A stretch of DNA of 60,218 nucleotides, filler included, from Sphacelaria rigidula (GCA_964200075.2; 9 parts of 9 records of this genome joined end to end with filler, not necessarily neighbours in it); one strand, 5' to 3'; positions 25,295 through 38,871 are shown, numbered from the whole stretch's first letter. The notes: generated by a model from the letters alone, not told the origin. Numbers and translations are program-made.

Positions 25295-26457
25295 TAAGGT
25301 CACTTTTTTTTTTCAATGCTAGTATTCTCACCAAAAGATATGCTCGTGAAGCGGAAATTATGCTCGCATTTCCAGAAACATTATGCTCGATTTATGCTCG
25401 CAGCGTGAATTTATGCTTAATTATGATCGTAATATCCGGCAAGGATGCCATTTGCGACCGGATACAGACCCACCGATCACTATATGCATGTTATATACAC
25501 ATACGAAGTACAACTGCCTGCATCAGGACGCTTGAATGCCGTATTTTCTTGTTGTCGTACAGGGTGCATCATTGTATATCATTGCACACTACACGTTCTG
25601 CATCTCGTGCTAGATGCCGCCTCCCCACTGCCGTCTAGACAAGACAAATGGCAGGCAAGCTGCTGATTGGAATATCCATCACGATCTGGCCCAATCAGTG
25701 TACGTTGTACGCATCCTGCGACGGTCGATACAGATGCATCCATTCACACTCAAAAATGAAAAGTTACGAAATCACATGATGTGTTCACTCGTCGCCTGTC
25801 CCCTGTCGAGGGACCCGTGTCCAAGGACAACGACAAACGAAAAACTGACATTTGATTGATGACTAGTTGTTAGATTATTTGTCTCGCCTGAATCGATCCG
25901 TTTCTAATCAAGCCGACGTCGCAAGATAGGTACAACCCAGGGCACAAGGCGCAGGAAAGGAAACAGACAAAGGGGTAGAAATTGCGAAAAATACTGGAGC
26001 AGACGAGAAGAATAAAGTAGCCGGAGAAAGTACAGAACCAAAACACATAAAAAAACAAATGGGACGCTAAGATAATGTATATTGTATATATAGGTGGGCT
26101 TCCCACCTATCCCCCACATCCCATATCCAAACGGTTCCGCGATGCCCTTCATTAAAGTGCCTCGAATACATGCCAAGAAATACGCTGGTACCTTTTGCTT
26201 CGCTTTTTTGCAACGGTACTGCAACGTTTTTAAGACCTGCGATCGATCACACTGGCAGTTTGAATGTCTAGTTCCAGAGCATACACGTATTTGAGACCCG
26301 CGTTCGATGGTGGCAAAGTTTTCGCCCAAAATATTACAGCAGGCCAGCATTTAGACCTCTTTGTATGGTAACCAATCCGTATTTGTACAAATATGAGGAT
26401 TTCAGCCCGTATAAATCCCATTTCCTCCCGTGGATTGATTTTTCGGACCCCCAGTCC

Positions 26458-26711
26458 GTTGGGCAATGTTTTTCGCCTAGCTCTGAGGAAACCAGATCAA
26501 TTCTCCGATTCTCTGGGCGCTGACTTTTGGTTCATAACTTTTCTCCTCAGGCCGAAAGACTCCCGCATCTCTCCCGAATCTGGGGCCTAAATCGGGGGAG
26601 ATGCGGGAGTCTCCCGATCTGAGCAGAAAGGTCGTGGACCAAAAGTCAGCGCCCAGAGAATCGGAGAATTGATCTGGTTTCCTCAGAGCTAGGCGAAAAC
26701 CATTGCCCAAC
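26458..26711. mobile_element. Near-perfect foldback (hairpin) element cut by the contig end
   Basis: GTTGGGCAATGTTTTTCGCCTAGCTCTGAGGAAACCAGATC... vs ...GATCTGGTTTCCTCAGAGCTAGGCGAAAACCATTGCCCAAC; ~120-bp arms. Confidence 0.8.
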
Positions 26712-27039
26712 NNNNNNNNNNNNNNNNNNNNNNNNNNNNNNNNNNNNNNNNNNNNTTAATTAATTAANNNNNNNNNNNNNNNNNNNNNNNNNNNNNNNNN
26801 NNNNNNNNNNNAAAAAGACAAAGGCAGAAAAAAAAGAAGACCCCCCCCCCCCCCCCCCCCCCCCAGGTAGTCATGATCCAGCCGTGGTTACATGACACAG
26901 TTACGAGCCCTTTTTTTCGTGGAATCAAACATCCCTGCTCCCCTATTCGTAGCATGGCTCTTGTTGTACCCATCTCTTCCTCTGCTTGTGTATTGGGCTT
27001 TCGGTATCTCCATGTCTGTGCATTTTTGTCAATTTCCAG

Positions 27040-27195
27040 AGCCGAGGGATGGAGGTGCGCTCTGGACAGAAGAAGTCTGGGCAGAGCGAGAAGAAGTATG
27101 TCCACATGCTCAACTCCACGCTGTGCGCCACGACTCGAACGCTGTCGTGCATCCTCGAGAACTACCAGACGCCCACTGGTGTCACCGTTCCAGAG
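27040..27195 (+). CDS. SARS: Cytosolic seryl-tRNA synthetase, exon covering class II motif 3
   Basis: cag|SRGMEVRSGQKKSGQSEKKYVHMLNSTLCATTRTLSCILENYQTPTGVTVPE|gtgat; typical eukaryotic SerRS YVHMLNxTxCATxRxxxxILENYQT. Confidence 0.95.
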
Positions 27196-28930
27196 GTGAT
27201 GCAAGAACAAGTAATAAAAATAGCGTCGTCGATCACGGAAGGTGTGAGCTGCAAGATCTGCAACTCCATTGCTCCCTTCTGTGATGTTTATTCAAGTGCA
27301 GCACGTTTGATCAGGATGAGTGAATCATGACCATGTTACAACGGACGAGGACACAACGCGTTGTGCGTCTTCCCGTTCGGAACCGTTGGTGGAAAAGTGA
27401 CGATTTACAATTGACGTTTTCTTGGGCAAGATGTAGCTGTTGCTTTTCCGCAAGTGTTGATCATGCAGCCCACCGAAACGGTGCACCACTCTACGTTAAA
27501 GTATACTAATGTGACAGATTCGTGCGTCGAACTCGAAGTGAAGTTTCCCCGGTGACGAAAGCTCGTATATGGGAATTTGTACTGTTTCTCGCGAGTTCCG
27601 ATTGGGTTGAGGAAATTGAGGTCGATGGAAGAGCGAATGTGGCGACAAGGTTTGTTTTCTTTGCGGCGATGGTGTACGTCGTACGAACGGTGAGAAGAGT
27701 ACCCCCCTCCTTCAAAATGTAGCTTTTGAAGCTTCCCCCGCCTGTACGACCTTGATGCTCATCGTGGACGGGCATCGCGTTCCTGGAGTTGATCAAGTCG
27801 GTGCCTCAAATCAAAGATGAAAGCGATTTTCACACTCGAGAAGGTATGGATGGCAAAGCATCGTGAATCACGGTATTTATTTTTTCACCATGATCATACA
27901 TCTATGCATACATGTATCAATTCGATTATCCTCTTGACGACGAGCATAGAACGCGGGGAACGTTTCTCACGCAATTTACCCCGACACTCACGTGTGACTG
28001 AGGGCCATCATCATGGACAAATAAAAAGAATGACAGAAGGTATGAAATGTTTTTCCCGCCTGATGCTCATTACTATGTAGATCTAGTGTTGCTGTTAGAT
28101 ATCTCATTACCGATGGTGCTGATCTCGTCGTTTGCTTGCCTTCGCCGCTAAAATGAAGGACAGGGTTATGCTCCCTGCCCGTGTATGGCGTTCATAACTG
28201 TGGTGAACATCTTTCTCACAACCTCTCTGTGACACGGGGGTGCAGTCGGACTGGCTAGGGCGTGATCGACCGGTTCTCTCGGGATGCTGCAGCAGCACAC
28301 ATGAGTAGAAGTACCGACAGTAGGAAGCCCCGTGCACAGATTGCAGCATGCTTGCTTTCTGTGAGTTGTATGTGCAGATACGCCCAATTAAACCACCAGC
28401 TATACACTTTTCAGACGGTGCGGTAGCGTACGCTCGTACCAGCACTGCAGGCAAGTAGGTAGCTACTGGGTCGTTTCTGCTCTTCGCTTCGAAAGTTCGT
28501 ATGTCCGCAAACGACGACCACCGTGGTTGACCCCAATAGCTCTAACACCGCTGCCGGGGCACACACCGTCTAAGGAGATAGATACCGCCAACCCTCGGTG
28601 TTTTTTGCTTTCCGACGTAGCCCAGGGTTTCTCTAGCAAGGTTCCTGATGATTCTCGCATGCTTGCGAGCGCCATGGCGTGTGGCAAGGGCAGCTCTGCG
28701 GAGTATTGCGCTACGGTCCGAAATATTCGGCGTTCGCCAAACGTGACGGCGCCGAAAAAATCTAGCCGCTTTTTTTTTTGAAGAACCCCAAGCGCCAGGT
28801 GCGAAAACGCCAAAAATCTTGGCGATCTCCGAGAACACTGTGTCGATTATAACGGCCGTAATCCCTTTCCCCGCCTACCTCCCTCCGCTGCGCCATTTGA
28901 ATCTCTCGAATAATCTTTTATCCCACGCAG

Positions 28931-29218
28931 GTGCTGGTACCTTACATGGGCGGCATCACATTCCTAGATTTCATCAAAGACTTGCCCAAGGGCAAGAGGG
29001 AGGCCAAGGGCAGCAGCAAGGGGGGCTATGCTGTCGGAGGTGGCAGTGGCTCTAAATCGACGCCCGCGACGAAACCTGCACCGGCTGCTCAGCCAGCACC
29101 GACCGCTGCCCCTGTAAACGGGAACGTGGATGAGGGTAGTACGTCTCGTGGGCTGCCCGCTGCTATTGGGGAAGGGGGCACAGAGGAGGAGCAGCTCGCG
29201 CTTAGGATCACCGCGAAG
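28931..29218 (+). CDS. SARS: Seryl-tRNA synthetase exon: end of catalytic domain, Pro/Ala linker and start of a WHEP-like helix
   Basis: cag|VLVPYMGGITFLDFIKDLPKGKRE...EEQLALRITAK|gtgtg; continues VPE-VLxPYMGG in frame; 288 nt, phase 0/0. Confidence 0.9.
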
Positions 29219-30665
29219 GTGTGTCGAGGGCCGGCTTACTTGACCGCTTGGGTGGGAGAAGTTCGATTTCTTTACTGAATGGGCACTCACTGTGATGAAC
29301 ACCCAGCTCCAGACCTTGAGTAGACTCGAAGCTACAATTTTTGGCGTCGTACGGTTGAGGCCCCGGCTCCGTAGAGGTGCAACATATATGCGGCGAGATT
29401 TGCGTCGTGGTCATGGTAGCCTCATTCCACGCTGCTCACCTTAATTTTGTTTGTCAGATCATTTTTTTTCCCTGATAACCGACATGTTGGGGTCCTAGGT
29501 GAAAAAACAATTTCTGGGGATTGAGATGATCGGATCGAATCGCCGAAATTCCCCAAAATTGGTTCTTCACCTGGGACCCCAAATTTCGGTTAACGAAATC
29601 TGACATTCCATGATGTGCAGTAGTTCTCAATAGCTACTAGCAAGTGAAAAAATGGAACAGACCAATCGATTTGTTCAACGATGTTTCCATATTTTCGTCC
29701 GCTGCATTGCGGCCGCCGGCATAACGCTCGCACGTTGGCTTCCTCCTCTGCTATGTGCGAGATATTGAAGTTAGAATACGTTCTCGTGGTGACCCTACGC
29801 CTTTCTGTAATCAGAGGGTCCCACTCCGGTGTCTTGTGGTGAGTGGCATCCGGGGTGCTGTTTTCATTGTCCCAAAATTCGCGCCTCAGTCTCTCAGCAT
29901 GACCGTACGAGCTGGCCACCCGCGTAAATGTTGCAAGGGTCGGACAAATGATGATTCGTCTGAAAATTACTTGATTTTAGTGTCATGAGTCGACTCGTGA
30001 CGAATNNNNNNNNNNGGACAATGAGGCCGCAGAAATCGTGAATTCGGTGATTTTGAGTCGTGATGATTTGTCCTAACCGTGAAATGTTGGCCGTGTCTCA
30101 CTCGCGTCTAGACCTCGTGAGATCTCCTTGGGTCCTGTACGAATATGTCTGACTCGAGTATCGGTGCACCTCTGTTTTGAAGCGTTGAAGATCACGGTGC
30201 AAGTTCAACAGCCGGCAAAAATCGCCATGGAACACAGGCTCTGATATCTCGTACCACCACCACGGTATACTTGCTCCGCATCTTGGGAGAAATTGTGGAC
30301 ACTGAGGGTCTTTGTCCAATCTACCGTAACATGGTGGAGTATGATGACATTCAAAAGACGAGCTTACGTCTGTGACCACGGGTTCGAGATACCGGACTAA
30401 TGTGCGTAAATAATAATGATAATAATGGCAACCAGTCACGAGGCCTGAATTCGGTTGCAAGCCGCCGCAGTGATGGATGATGTGAAGAGTGCACTAAATT
30501 TGGTCGCACGCTGATCGCGATAAAGTCAGGCCTAGACGTACATCATGATGCTTCATGGTCGGCCGTGGCCTAGGTATGAGCTCCGCCTGCCCCCGGGAAA
30601 GGCGGTTTCAAAGCATTTTTCGATCTCGTTTCCGCGCAACCAGTGTTGGTTGGTTGTGATGGATT

Positions 30666-30839
30666 CACACCCTGGATAATGACAATGTATGGTCAATTGA
30701 TGCAGCAGTCAAAATATGTACGGGGTGAAGTGTAGGCCTATTGCAACTATCGACGGCCGACAATAGTCGCAAGAGGCCTAGTACACTTCTTGTCTATTGC
30801 ATCTATTGACCATATATTGTGGTCATTACCCAGGGTGTG
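30666..30839. mobile_element. hAT-like MITE, second copy of the 730-890 family
   Basis: CACACCCTGGATAATGAC...GTCATTACCCAGGGTGTG; flanks GATGGATT / GAGTGATT (6/8 match). Confidence 0.75.
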
Positions 30840-32059
30840 GAGTGATTTAAAGTGACATTCGTGTTATTGTGTGTATGTGTTTGTTGTTCTTGTTGTGCGC
30901 ATTTTAATCTGACAATGGTTACCGCTTTGCCCCGACGGTTGAATTGGTGCCTTTGCCTCAAAGCCCGTAAACGCGAGAGTTGTTCACGTTCGAATTCGGA
31001 GAGATTCAGTTGTTGTTGTTTTTTTGCAAAACTTGGTCATCGTTGTCGAAATCGGGAGGATGTACCGGAGTAACCAAGAGTGCCGAACCAGGGTAGACGG
31101 TGCGCGAGAGTGCTGGTCTAACCGTCCATGGTAAAATGCCGGGTAGAGGCTAACCCTTTTGGAACTCACAATGAAAAATTGATCATTTGCGATTGACGGT
31201 TTTGAGCAAGATATGGTTGATGGGTTACAGCTCAGACGCAACAACATTTACCCAATGCGTATTTTTCAAACCCGTGCGAGTGACAAGTGGAACATAGGTT
31301 CCGGTTTCCTATTTACCGATTTGCCGTACTAGACCCTGGAACCCATCGCTGTTTTTTGAACGGAATGTTTCGTAGTGTTTTTGGTAATTATTGTCGATGG
31401 ATACAATTGAACACACTTCACCCGTTGCGTGGTATGATTGAACAAACCTCACCCGACCTCTCCAGGGAGGGCAATTTTCGTGCACTCGCCGGTGCTACTG
31501 GATTTTTCTTCGGTCTTCCGTTATAAAATGGTTGCCCTCGGCCTTTTCTGCTTCCATCTTTTCCTCTTTGTCAGGGCTTATCATAAAGAGGCGTTTGGCC
31601 CGGGGATAGGAGGGGAGGGTTCCAAAAGGGTTAAGGGGACGGTGGGATGATATCTCGAGACTACGGACTCATGTCAAAAAACTATAAGTGGCACTGGTAT
31701 GGCGGAGAAAAAAAGGAAAATATTGCTTGGTCACCGTCTCCGGAAGTAATCGTCTTTAGAGTTTTCCATTGTTGAAGCTTGAGGTGTTCATCAGCTACAG
31801 TCGCGCAAGTCTACCCGACCACTGCATGATAGTAGTCCTTTTAACGGCTGAATGTGATGTACGACTGCGAATCTAACGATGGGAAGGAGAAGATATCGAG
31901 AATCAAGGAAATGATCACGTGTGACTGTGACATGTGTGCGTGTGTGCTGCTGGAGAAGAAGTTCCTATGCTGGCCTACCAATTGTGATGTCCGCAAGCGA
32001 AGAAACACCAGCATACCGGTTTCTTCGACATCATACTTTACCTCTATTTTTTTTAACAG

Positions 32060-32296
32060 GGAGACGAGATCCGCGAGCTGAAGAAATCGAAGCCAGACAA
32101 AGCCGTCATCATGCCGCACGTGGATGAGCTGAAGTCCCTCAAAGCTCAGTACAAGACGAAGACCGGGAAGGATTATGCGCCCCCGGCTGCGGCTGCTCCT
32201 GTCCCGAAAGCGTCCGCCAAAGCTTCCCCGGAAGCGACGGCGACTGTTGCTGAATCCCCCGCCGCTACTGCGCTCGCAGCGAAGATTGTGGCTAAG
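32060..32296 (+). CDS. SARS: Seryl-tRNA synthetase exon encoding a WHEP-TRS-like domain and the start of a second repeat
   Basis: cag|GDEIRELKKSKPDKAVIMPHVDELKSLKAQYKTKTGKDYAP...ALAAKIVAK|gtata; fits WHEP consensus GxxVRxLKxxKAxKxxIxxAVxxLxxLKxxYKxxTGxDY; 237 nt, phase 0/0. Confidence 0.85.
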
Positions 32297-33961
32297 GTAT
32301 ATTGCTCCGCCAAACACGGGAGTAAAACCCACACAGCAATGAGGCATACAACATGCACAGATGAATTCTTCATTATATGTTTTATAACCCCCCCCCATCG
32401 TATAGCGTTGAAGATCTTGCTGCCGCCGTGTTTGCCGCAAATCTTCTGGTTCAACTACTTTCATTACTTCGCTGCGCACACGTGGAAGTTAGCACAGCAA
32501 CCGTGGACCAGATCAACAAGTCAAAAAGCTAGAAGCTAGAAGCGAGCATCAAATACCTGAGCATGTGATGGAATCAAAACTATTCTCGTTGACCGGAAGG
32601 ATTTTTTTTCATGTATACATATACATGTGTATATTTGGAGACTTGGACTGAAAGCCGACCAGCCTCGTCTCGAAACAGTGGTTTCACTGACAGTCTCGCC
32701 GGAGAAAGGGGAAAGGATGTATGTTGTAGGGACGGAGTCGGCATGTGCGAGGGTTCATACGAGAGTATTAGGAAACATCAAGTGGAGTAGTCGCAGACCA
32801 GTGAAATGCAGTTGATCACGCCACGGCACAAATTGCAATTCTTGCATGTAGAGGAGAAGAACAAGACGAAAATAGAGACCACTCTGGCTACTCAAACACA
32901 CACGAGCGAAGAGATTTTGCAGCCTTCATCACACACCCCGCTCTTCGAAAACCCGCAGTGAGTAGAACGCTGACAGCAGTGAGGTAGGCACATGAATAGC
33001 ACAGATGGGGCCCAGTAGAGAATGATGGCAAGCTGCATCTACTGTCAAATATGTATTTTTATCAGCCGTTGACGAATACTTTAATTGAGTTGGCCATGGT
33101 GCAAGAGGATACGGTTCTGTACTGTGTTGCCTGTACCGTGAGATAGACATCCATCCCCTGTGTTGGGCATCCCCAAACATGCTCAAGATGCCGCAGGCCC
33201 TGCTCCAAAAGGGATTTTAAGAACTGCCTCAGCAATATATCATATTCTCAGACTGCGCTAACATATCCGAACCCGATCCACTTGGGTTGAAGAGGGAAAT
33301 ATTCGGTGACGGCGTCGTCTTCGAAGATGTGTGTTCAAATGTTTCATGGTTAGGACAAATCATCACGACTCGAAATCACCAAATTCACGATTTCTTCTGC
33401 CTGATTGCCCGAANNNNNNNNNNNNNNNNNNNNNNNNNNNNNNNNNNNNNNNNNNNNTTAATTAATTAANNNNNNNNNNNNNNNNNNNNNNNNNNNNNNN
33501 NNNNNNNNNNNNNACTCGTCTGTGTCGATGAGATATTGCTTTTAGAACTTAAATCCGTTTTGAGGCTGGCCGAGCTCGTAGGCGTTTTCAGTTGTGACAA
33601 AGGAATAATTCTGAACCCAAAAAGTGGAGTGTCTACCTCAGTCTACTCGTACCAGCGGGGGGGGTCGCCGTCTCAGGGTTAACTCACGAAAAAAAAACTT
33701 CAGGTGCTTCTTTACTTTTTTTTATGCCCTATGCATTGTCCACACCAAATTTGACGCTCCAACTCTAGATATTGGCCGGCGCATTCGCCTGCAAACTTCC
33801 AATCCGCCTCTAGGCTGGCCCAGCTCGTAGAACTGTGCTTGAGCGGAACGGGGACACATACCTGTACGAGTACAGACGGTTTGTCCTCTGTACAGTAGAG
33901 GTTACACCGAAGAATGGGCAAAATGCCACGTATGCCCACCACCGTACTTTCGCCTACTCAC

Positions 33962-34588
33962 CAGGAGAGACCCGCCAGGAAACAGCTCCACCACTGCCCC
34001 TGCCGCCACCATAGCTTGTTGCCGCACCTGCTCCGCGGAGTCATTCAAGGCCTCCGCCAACACTCCTGCCAGTGCCAGCGCCGGCCGCGCACACACACCG
34101 GCCGCGTCTACCTCAACAGCGCGCCCGAGAAACCTCATGAGCTGCTCTCTGACCCGCCAATTCTTATGGCGGAAAGATTGCCCTCCCTGTTCTAAAGATG
34201 CGAGAGTGCACTGTGCACCGTTTACGTTCGGTTGCGCGATGGCAAGGAGGAGCTCGATGCCCTTGTCCTGCACTGCAGACTTCGAATTCCCGAGACATTC
34301 GACGGTGGCAGGAATGATCGTGGATAGAAAGGGGGTCATGTTGTTGCCCACCTGGTCTGTGAGGGACTCCAAGCAGGCCAGCACTGACCTACAGACCTTG
34401 AAATTGTTGTCGCGTAGTGTGCCCACAAGAGGGTTCACGAGTGTTTGCCATTGGGTATTGTTGTCAGGTTGTTCTTGTCGTTGCTGCTGCTGTAAGCGCT
34501 CGGCTAGCCTGTCCAACCCTCTCAGGCGCCGCTTGGTGTCTTTGGATTCGAGGTCGCTGATGGTGGTGTCCCATGCCCCGAGGTCCAT
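33962..34588 (-). CDS. CLASP: CLASP-like microtubule-associated protein, first exon (N-terminal TOG/HEAT domain)
   Basis: MDLGAW...LRDNNFKV...VECLGNSKSAVQD...FRHKNWRVREQ...LNDSAEQVRQQA; resembles plant CLASP TOG1; ends LL|gtgagt. Confidence 0.8.
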
Positions 34589-35807
34589 TACTGCTGCCGG
34601 CTGTTGGTGACCCGTAGTGGAACGTTGGGGACAAGTCGAAACAGATGAAGAGATTGAGAAAGCGATTGTATGTCCATGTGCAGGGATTGTCGTGTGTGTG
34701 CGTTATGCACTGCACTATCTGCACTACCCTACTCTGTACTGTCAGTGCTCCTTGCGGTACTGCACTGGAAGTACAGCACGTTCAACAGTACAGACAACAG
34801 TAGTGCGGTAAGGTCGGGGGTCCTTTGTCAGGCTGGAGAGTTTGAAAAAACGTAAATTGCCGTTGGTCTTTTTTGCGAGTGCTGTCACCAACTCTGCACC
34901 AACTTAAGAACAAAACTCAGAGAAATAGGCAAAAAGCTCTACAACCAAATGAATAGATCCTTCTCGATTTAAACTATCCCCGTGATCGTTACTCATTGCG
35001 TCTCTTACCGCATCTGCCGTGCCGTGCTGCCTCGCCTGTGCACGCGAATTCGCAGCAAAATCACACGAGGAATACAGAACCAGTCTGTTGTGGACTAACT
35101 ACAATTGTCTGTATCCATTCGGCCGCGTTTACTACAGATAAATATGAAGGCGTTTTGATCATGAACGGGGATAGGGGCAAATGTATTTATACATATTTCT
35201 CTACACACAGATTTCCGTTTCCAGCCTGGTTTCAGGTCCTCTGACGAACTGAAAAAACAATACTGTAAGCGACACTCGTACACAATAGAAGAGGCGGGCA
35301 GCGTTCCACCCTCTCCAAGTGGAACGCTGTGGTGGTGTTTTGGTTTTTTAGAGGAGGTAGGGATTGATTGCAAGAGGAAGACCGTCTTCTCTTACACCTG
35401 CGGACTGCTTGTAGGAGGTGAAAAGCAAGGACGTTGAGACTGCAGTGCTGCCTTTGGTGCGACGGACTCGGTAGACGCTCCTCCTACGGTACATGCAACA
35501 CAGCCGACCTCAGGCCGGCAGCGACTCTTTCTCTCTCCTTCCCTTTGTGTGTGTTCGTGTGTGTTTGTGTGTGTTTGTGTGTGTTTGGAACTTTTTTTTT
35601 CTTCAAAGTTTTGTTTTGTTCGAGCACTGAGAGGAAAAACCGAAAAAACGGAAAAACAACACCGGAAGTGCAGCCAGGAGAGGAGGAGAAAGAACAGCGG
35701 GCAGCAGAGCACAATATCGCTCTGGCTGCCGGAAGAGAGGGACACGCTGGGGGAAGGGGGAGGGAGGGAGGGTTAGAGTGGAGAACAAAAGGCGGAACCT
35801 GTAGACT
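34589..35807. promoter_or_regulatory. Divergent intergenic region (putative bidirectional promoter and 5'UTRs)
   Basis: Lies between the start codons of the CLASP-like gene (-) and the kinase (+). Confidence 0.45.
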
Positions 35808-35972
35808 ATGAATTCTCCAGATGGCTCTGTGTTTGGTGGAAGCGTGCAGAGTGGCGAGCTATGCTTTAGCGACAGCGATTTTTTCCTCAACCTAGATGAT
35901 GTGGACATTGGGCCTCAGATCGGACAAGGTGCCTTTTCGAAGGTATATCTCGGGCGCTATCTCGGAGAACTG
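35808..35972 (+). CDS. Protein kinase (probably TKL group), first coding exon with subdomain I
   Basis: MNSPDGS...LNLDDVDIGPQIGQGAFSKVYLGRYLGEL|gtgagt; GxGxFxxV glycine loop; exon ends just before the expected VAVK. Confidence 0.85.
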
Positions 35973-38871
35973 GTGAGTCCCAAGCACGGGCATTATTAAC
36001 AAAGAATGGCGATGCTGTTGCAGCCCGTACGATGCACCGTACTGTACGATGTACGTGTGTATAGATGAGACGTATATGTGTGCTTATGTGTGCAGTGTTG
36101 GTGTTTGCTACTGCTTGGTATAAGTAGGGCTTTCACGTTCAGGTGTTGTGTGCTCTTGTTTCGAACAGGTCTGAGGTTCGGCCCTTTCTTTCAGAGACCA
36201 CGCAAAGTGAGGTGTTGGGTCTAATCCAACTTTGAACTTCTGCTTGTTTCCTCTTTTCGCGTGCGGTATGCTGCTGTTATTTTGCAAAGCTTGACAGCTG
36301 TAGCCCCCTGACCAATACCCGTTCGCTGTAGACTGGGCCATCTTGTGTTACACGTGGAGGAATAGTGGATACACATAAGCCGTGAAAGGATGATGGGGGG
36401 GTGCATGTACTTGTGCTCTCTATTTCCCCCAATTATACCCACATGTGCGCAGTACCCGAAATTTTACCTACTTCACAGCCGCTTGTGTTGACAGCACCAA
36501 GTGTATGAAGGTCTTTCGTCGAAATGATGACAACACACATATTGCGCTTGGTTACTGTCAGTACTGTACTGTACAACTTACGCTTCTGGGACACTTTCGC
36601 GAGCATGCTTGTCGGATTGCCTATCGACTCCACTCGCTCTCCTCATCGTACAGTACTGATTTATGCCGTGAATGGTGGGCAAGCGGGGGTGGAGGGTGGG
36701 AGAGGGAGTTGGACTGACTGTGTGTTCTAGGTCGCGGGATCCAACTGCACTGAACACGATGATATATATGATGATGGCAATGGATGTGCTCCTGTTTTTC
36801 TTTCATCGACAAAACGGCCTTTCGCGCAGCCGCTTACCTCCTTACTGCCGAACGTGCTTTTTGCACATTATCCCAGGTGGTTCTACTTCCCACACAACGA
36901 GTTGCTAAGCGACACACCGTGTTGATTTTGAAGCAAACAACACGCCTACGTAGTCCTGAGAGCGGAGTCGGTAATATAGGTTGTGGGTTGTGGTCCATTT
37001 TTGATCACCCGTTGACTTTCCAGTTTGGGACATCTCCTCTGCGGTCTCCAGGTTTACGGACGTTTAAGAGGGTAAAACACCGATTCCCATCTAACGTACT
37101 GCACTGACTGCAGTGCCCCAGTCTTTGCCACGCCGGTATGCGTCAATTCGCGTCGTGGATCACGCGGTATGTTTTTCCCTGGCCAAATACTGAGGGCAGG
37201 CGGTCATTCAGTACCTCACGGTGAACTTCAGTATTGAGCATTGCCGCATTGTATTGTACAGTAGTGCTGTATTGAGGCGGTGAAAAGCTGCAGTGAGGAA
37301 AAGTATACCTTTATTATGCGGTACATTTCTTTCCCGTTGCAACTGTTTGCTGTGTCCACCTCTTGTCCAAGGTCTTGAGTTTTTGCTGAACAGGTCGGCG
37401 ACCTTGATCTCCGCTACAGGCAACGTTGTTGCCGGCGTCGGAAGTCTGTGGGAACGAGTTGGGGTTGACAAACCACAGAAAAAACACCCTCTCGTACAAA
37501 ACATAAAGCGCTGCGAGTGCGCTGAGGTGTTCTCGCAGGAGAACTTTCAATGCATACACGGGACAATGAGATACCCCCCACCTACCACCCCACCCCCACC
37601 TCCCCACTCCCTCCTCGCCCAAAATGCTGTCATCACAACAGTTAGGGGTACCCTCACATCCTGATGTACCGAATTACTCACTTCGCAATTGTATGTCAAC
37701 CATTATGTCCAATCCCTTCCTCCTCTCATGGTTGAGAACCTTTCCTCGCGCTTCAGCACGCAGCGGGGGCAACGCAAGCACTAGAAACTAAATCTTTTAC
37801 TGTACTGTCCAACGCTGGCACTAAAAACTTGATCTCTTCCTGGATTGTCTGTATTCCAAACCCCAGCGCAAGTGAGGGATGGAAGTTCAATACGCAGCGC
37901 TTTGGTTGGAATTTGTATACACGAACATGTAAGTTGTTTCTCGTACGAACCCTGTCTTTACCACCCCCCGAACACGACAATATGATACGAACCCTGGCTA
38001 GAGTAGTTTCATTAGTCGTACATAAGCCATATCCTGTCAAGAGAGCTTCTGTAACATGCCTTGCTGATTCTGCGTGTCGGATACATCATTGTCGCATGCA
38101 TTGGAGTGTAGAGCAATTTTCACGTCTATGCACTGGTTCACCCCGTTATGCAGAACATATTTGCTGTTGCGTCGGGGGAGAGATACATAAATACGGAGGC
38201 ATGTTTCTTGTTCCGCGGGATCACTCCACAGCTCCAGTACTCTTGCCCCATGAAGCTCCTGAAGTGCACAGCCAGTTGAGTTTAATCAGTATGTACTCTT
38301 ATTCCCATAGCATCCGTCTTCATCTGTACTGTACGGAGATGGGAATATGCCTTACACAAGACGTGGATCCCCTTTTCATGCCTACGATCCTATTAGGGGT
38401 ACATCAGAAGTGTCTCGAGGTTCGTGGTATGTAACATGATACCGATTTAATAGTTTCCCGGTCAGCATTCAACAGTAATTTTGTGTTGGTATACCCGGGA
38501 CCACGAGTTTGAGATATCTCGGAAATCCTCTACCCCCGCGATAAAATATTGTTTCCAGTCGTAACAACTATTACAGCAGTAACTGAGTGGGTGGCCGAGG
38601 CAAGACAAACCCATTTCGTTGATGGTAGAATTTGCGTCGCATGCGTTTTACTATGGGAGATAAGTGAGAGACACGATGCGGTCGCTCTTGGCAGGCGGGA
38701 AGAGGGTAGCTGATGCCAATGGCAACCTGCACGGTTCAGGCATGAAAACCATTCAAAAAAGCGAAACCAAGCCTTGCGTCGGCCCCGTACGACGTACAGC
38801 ACAGTTCAGTATAGCTGTATCTTATCTCTACCCTGAGTAGGCCTTGTCTGTCCAAATATTAATTGTGCAGC

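Noticed and set aside
30006..30015. 10-N stretch inside an inverted repeat
   Set aside because: Scaffolding gap, not a feature
37829..38434. 201-aa ORF downstream of the kinase exon
   Set aside because: No kinase subdomain motifs (VAVK, HRD, DFG); probably a chance frame in an intron
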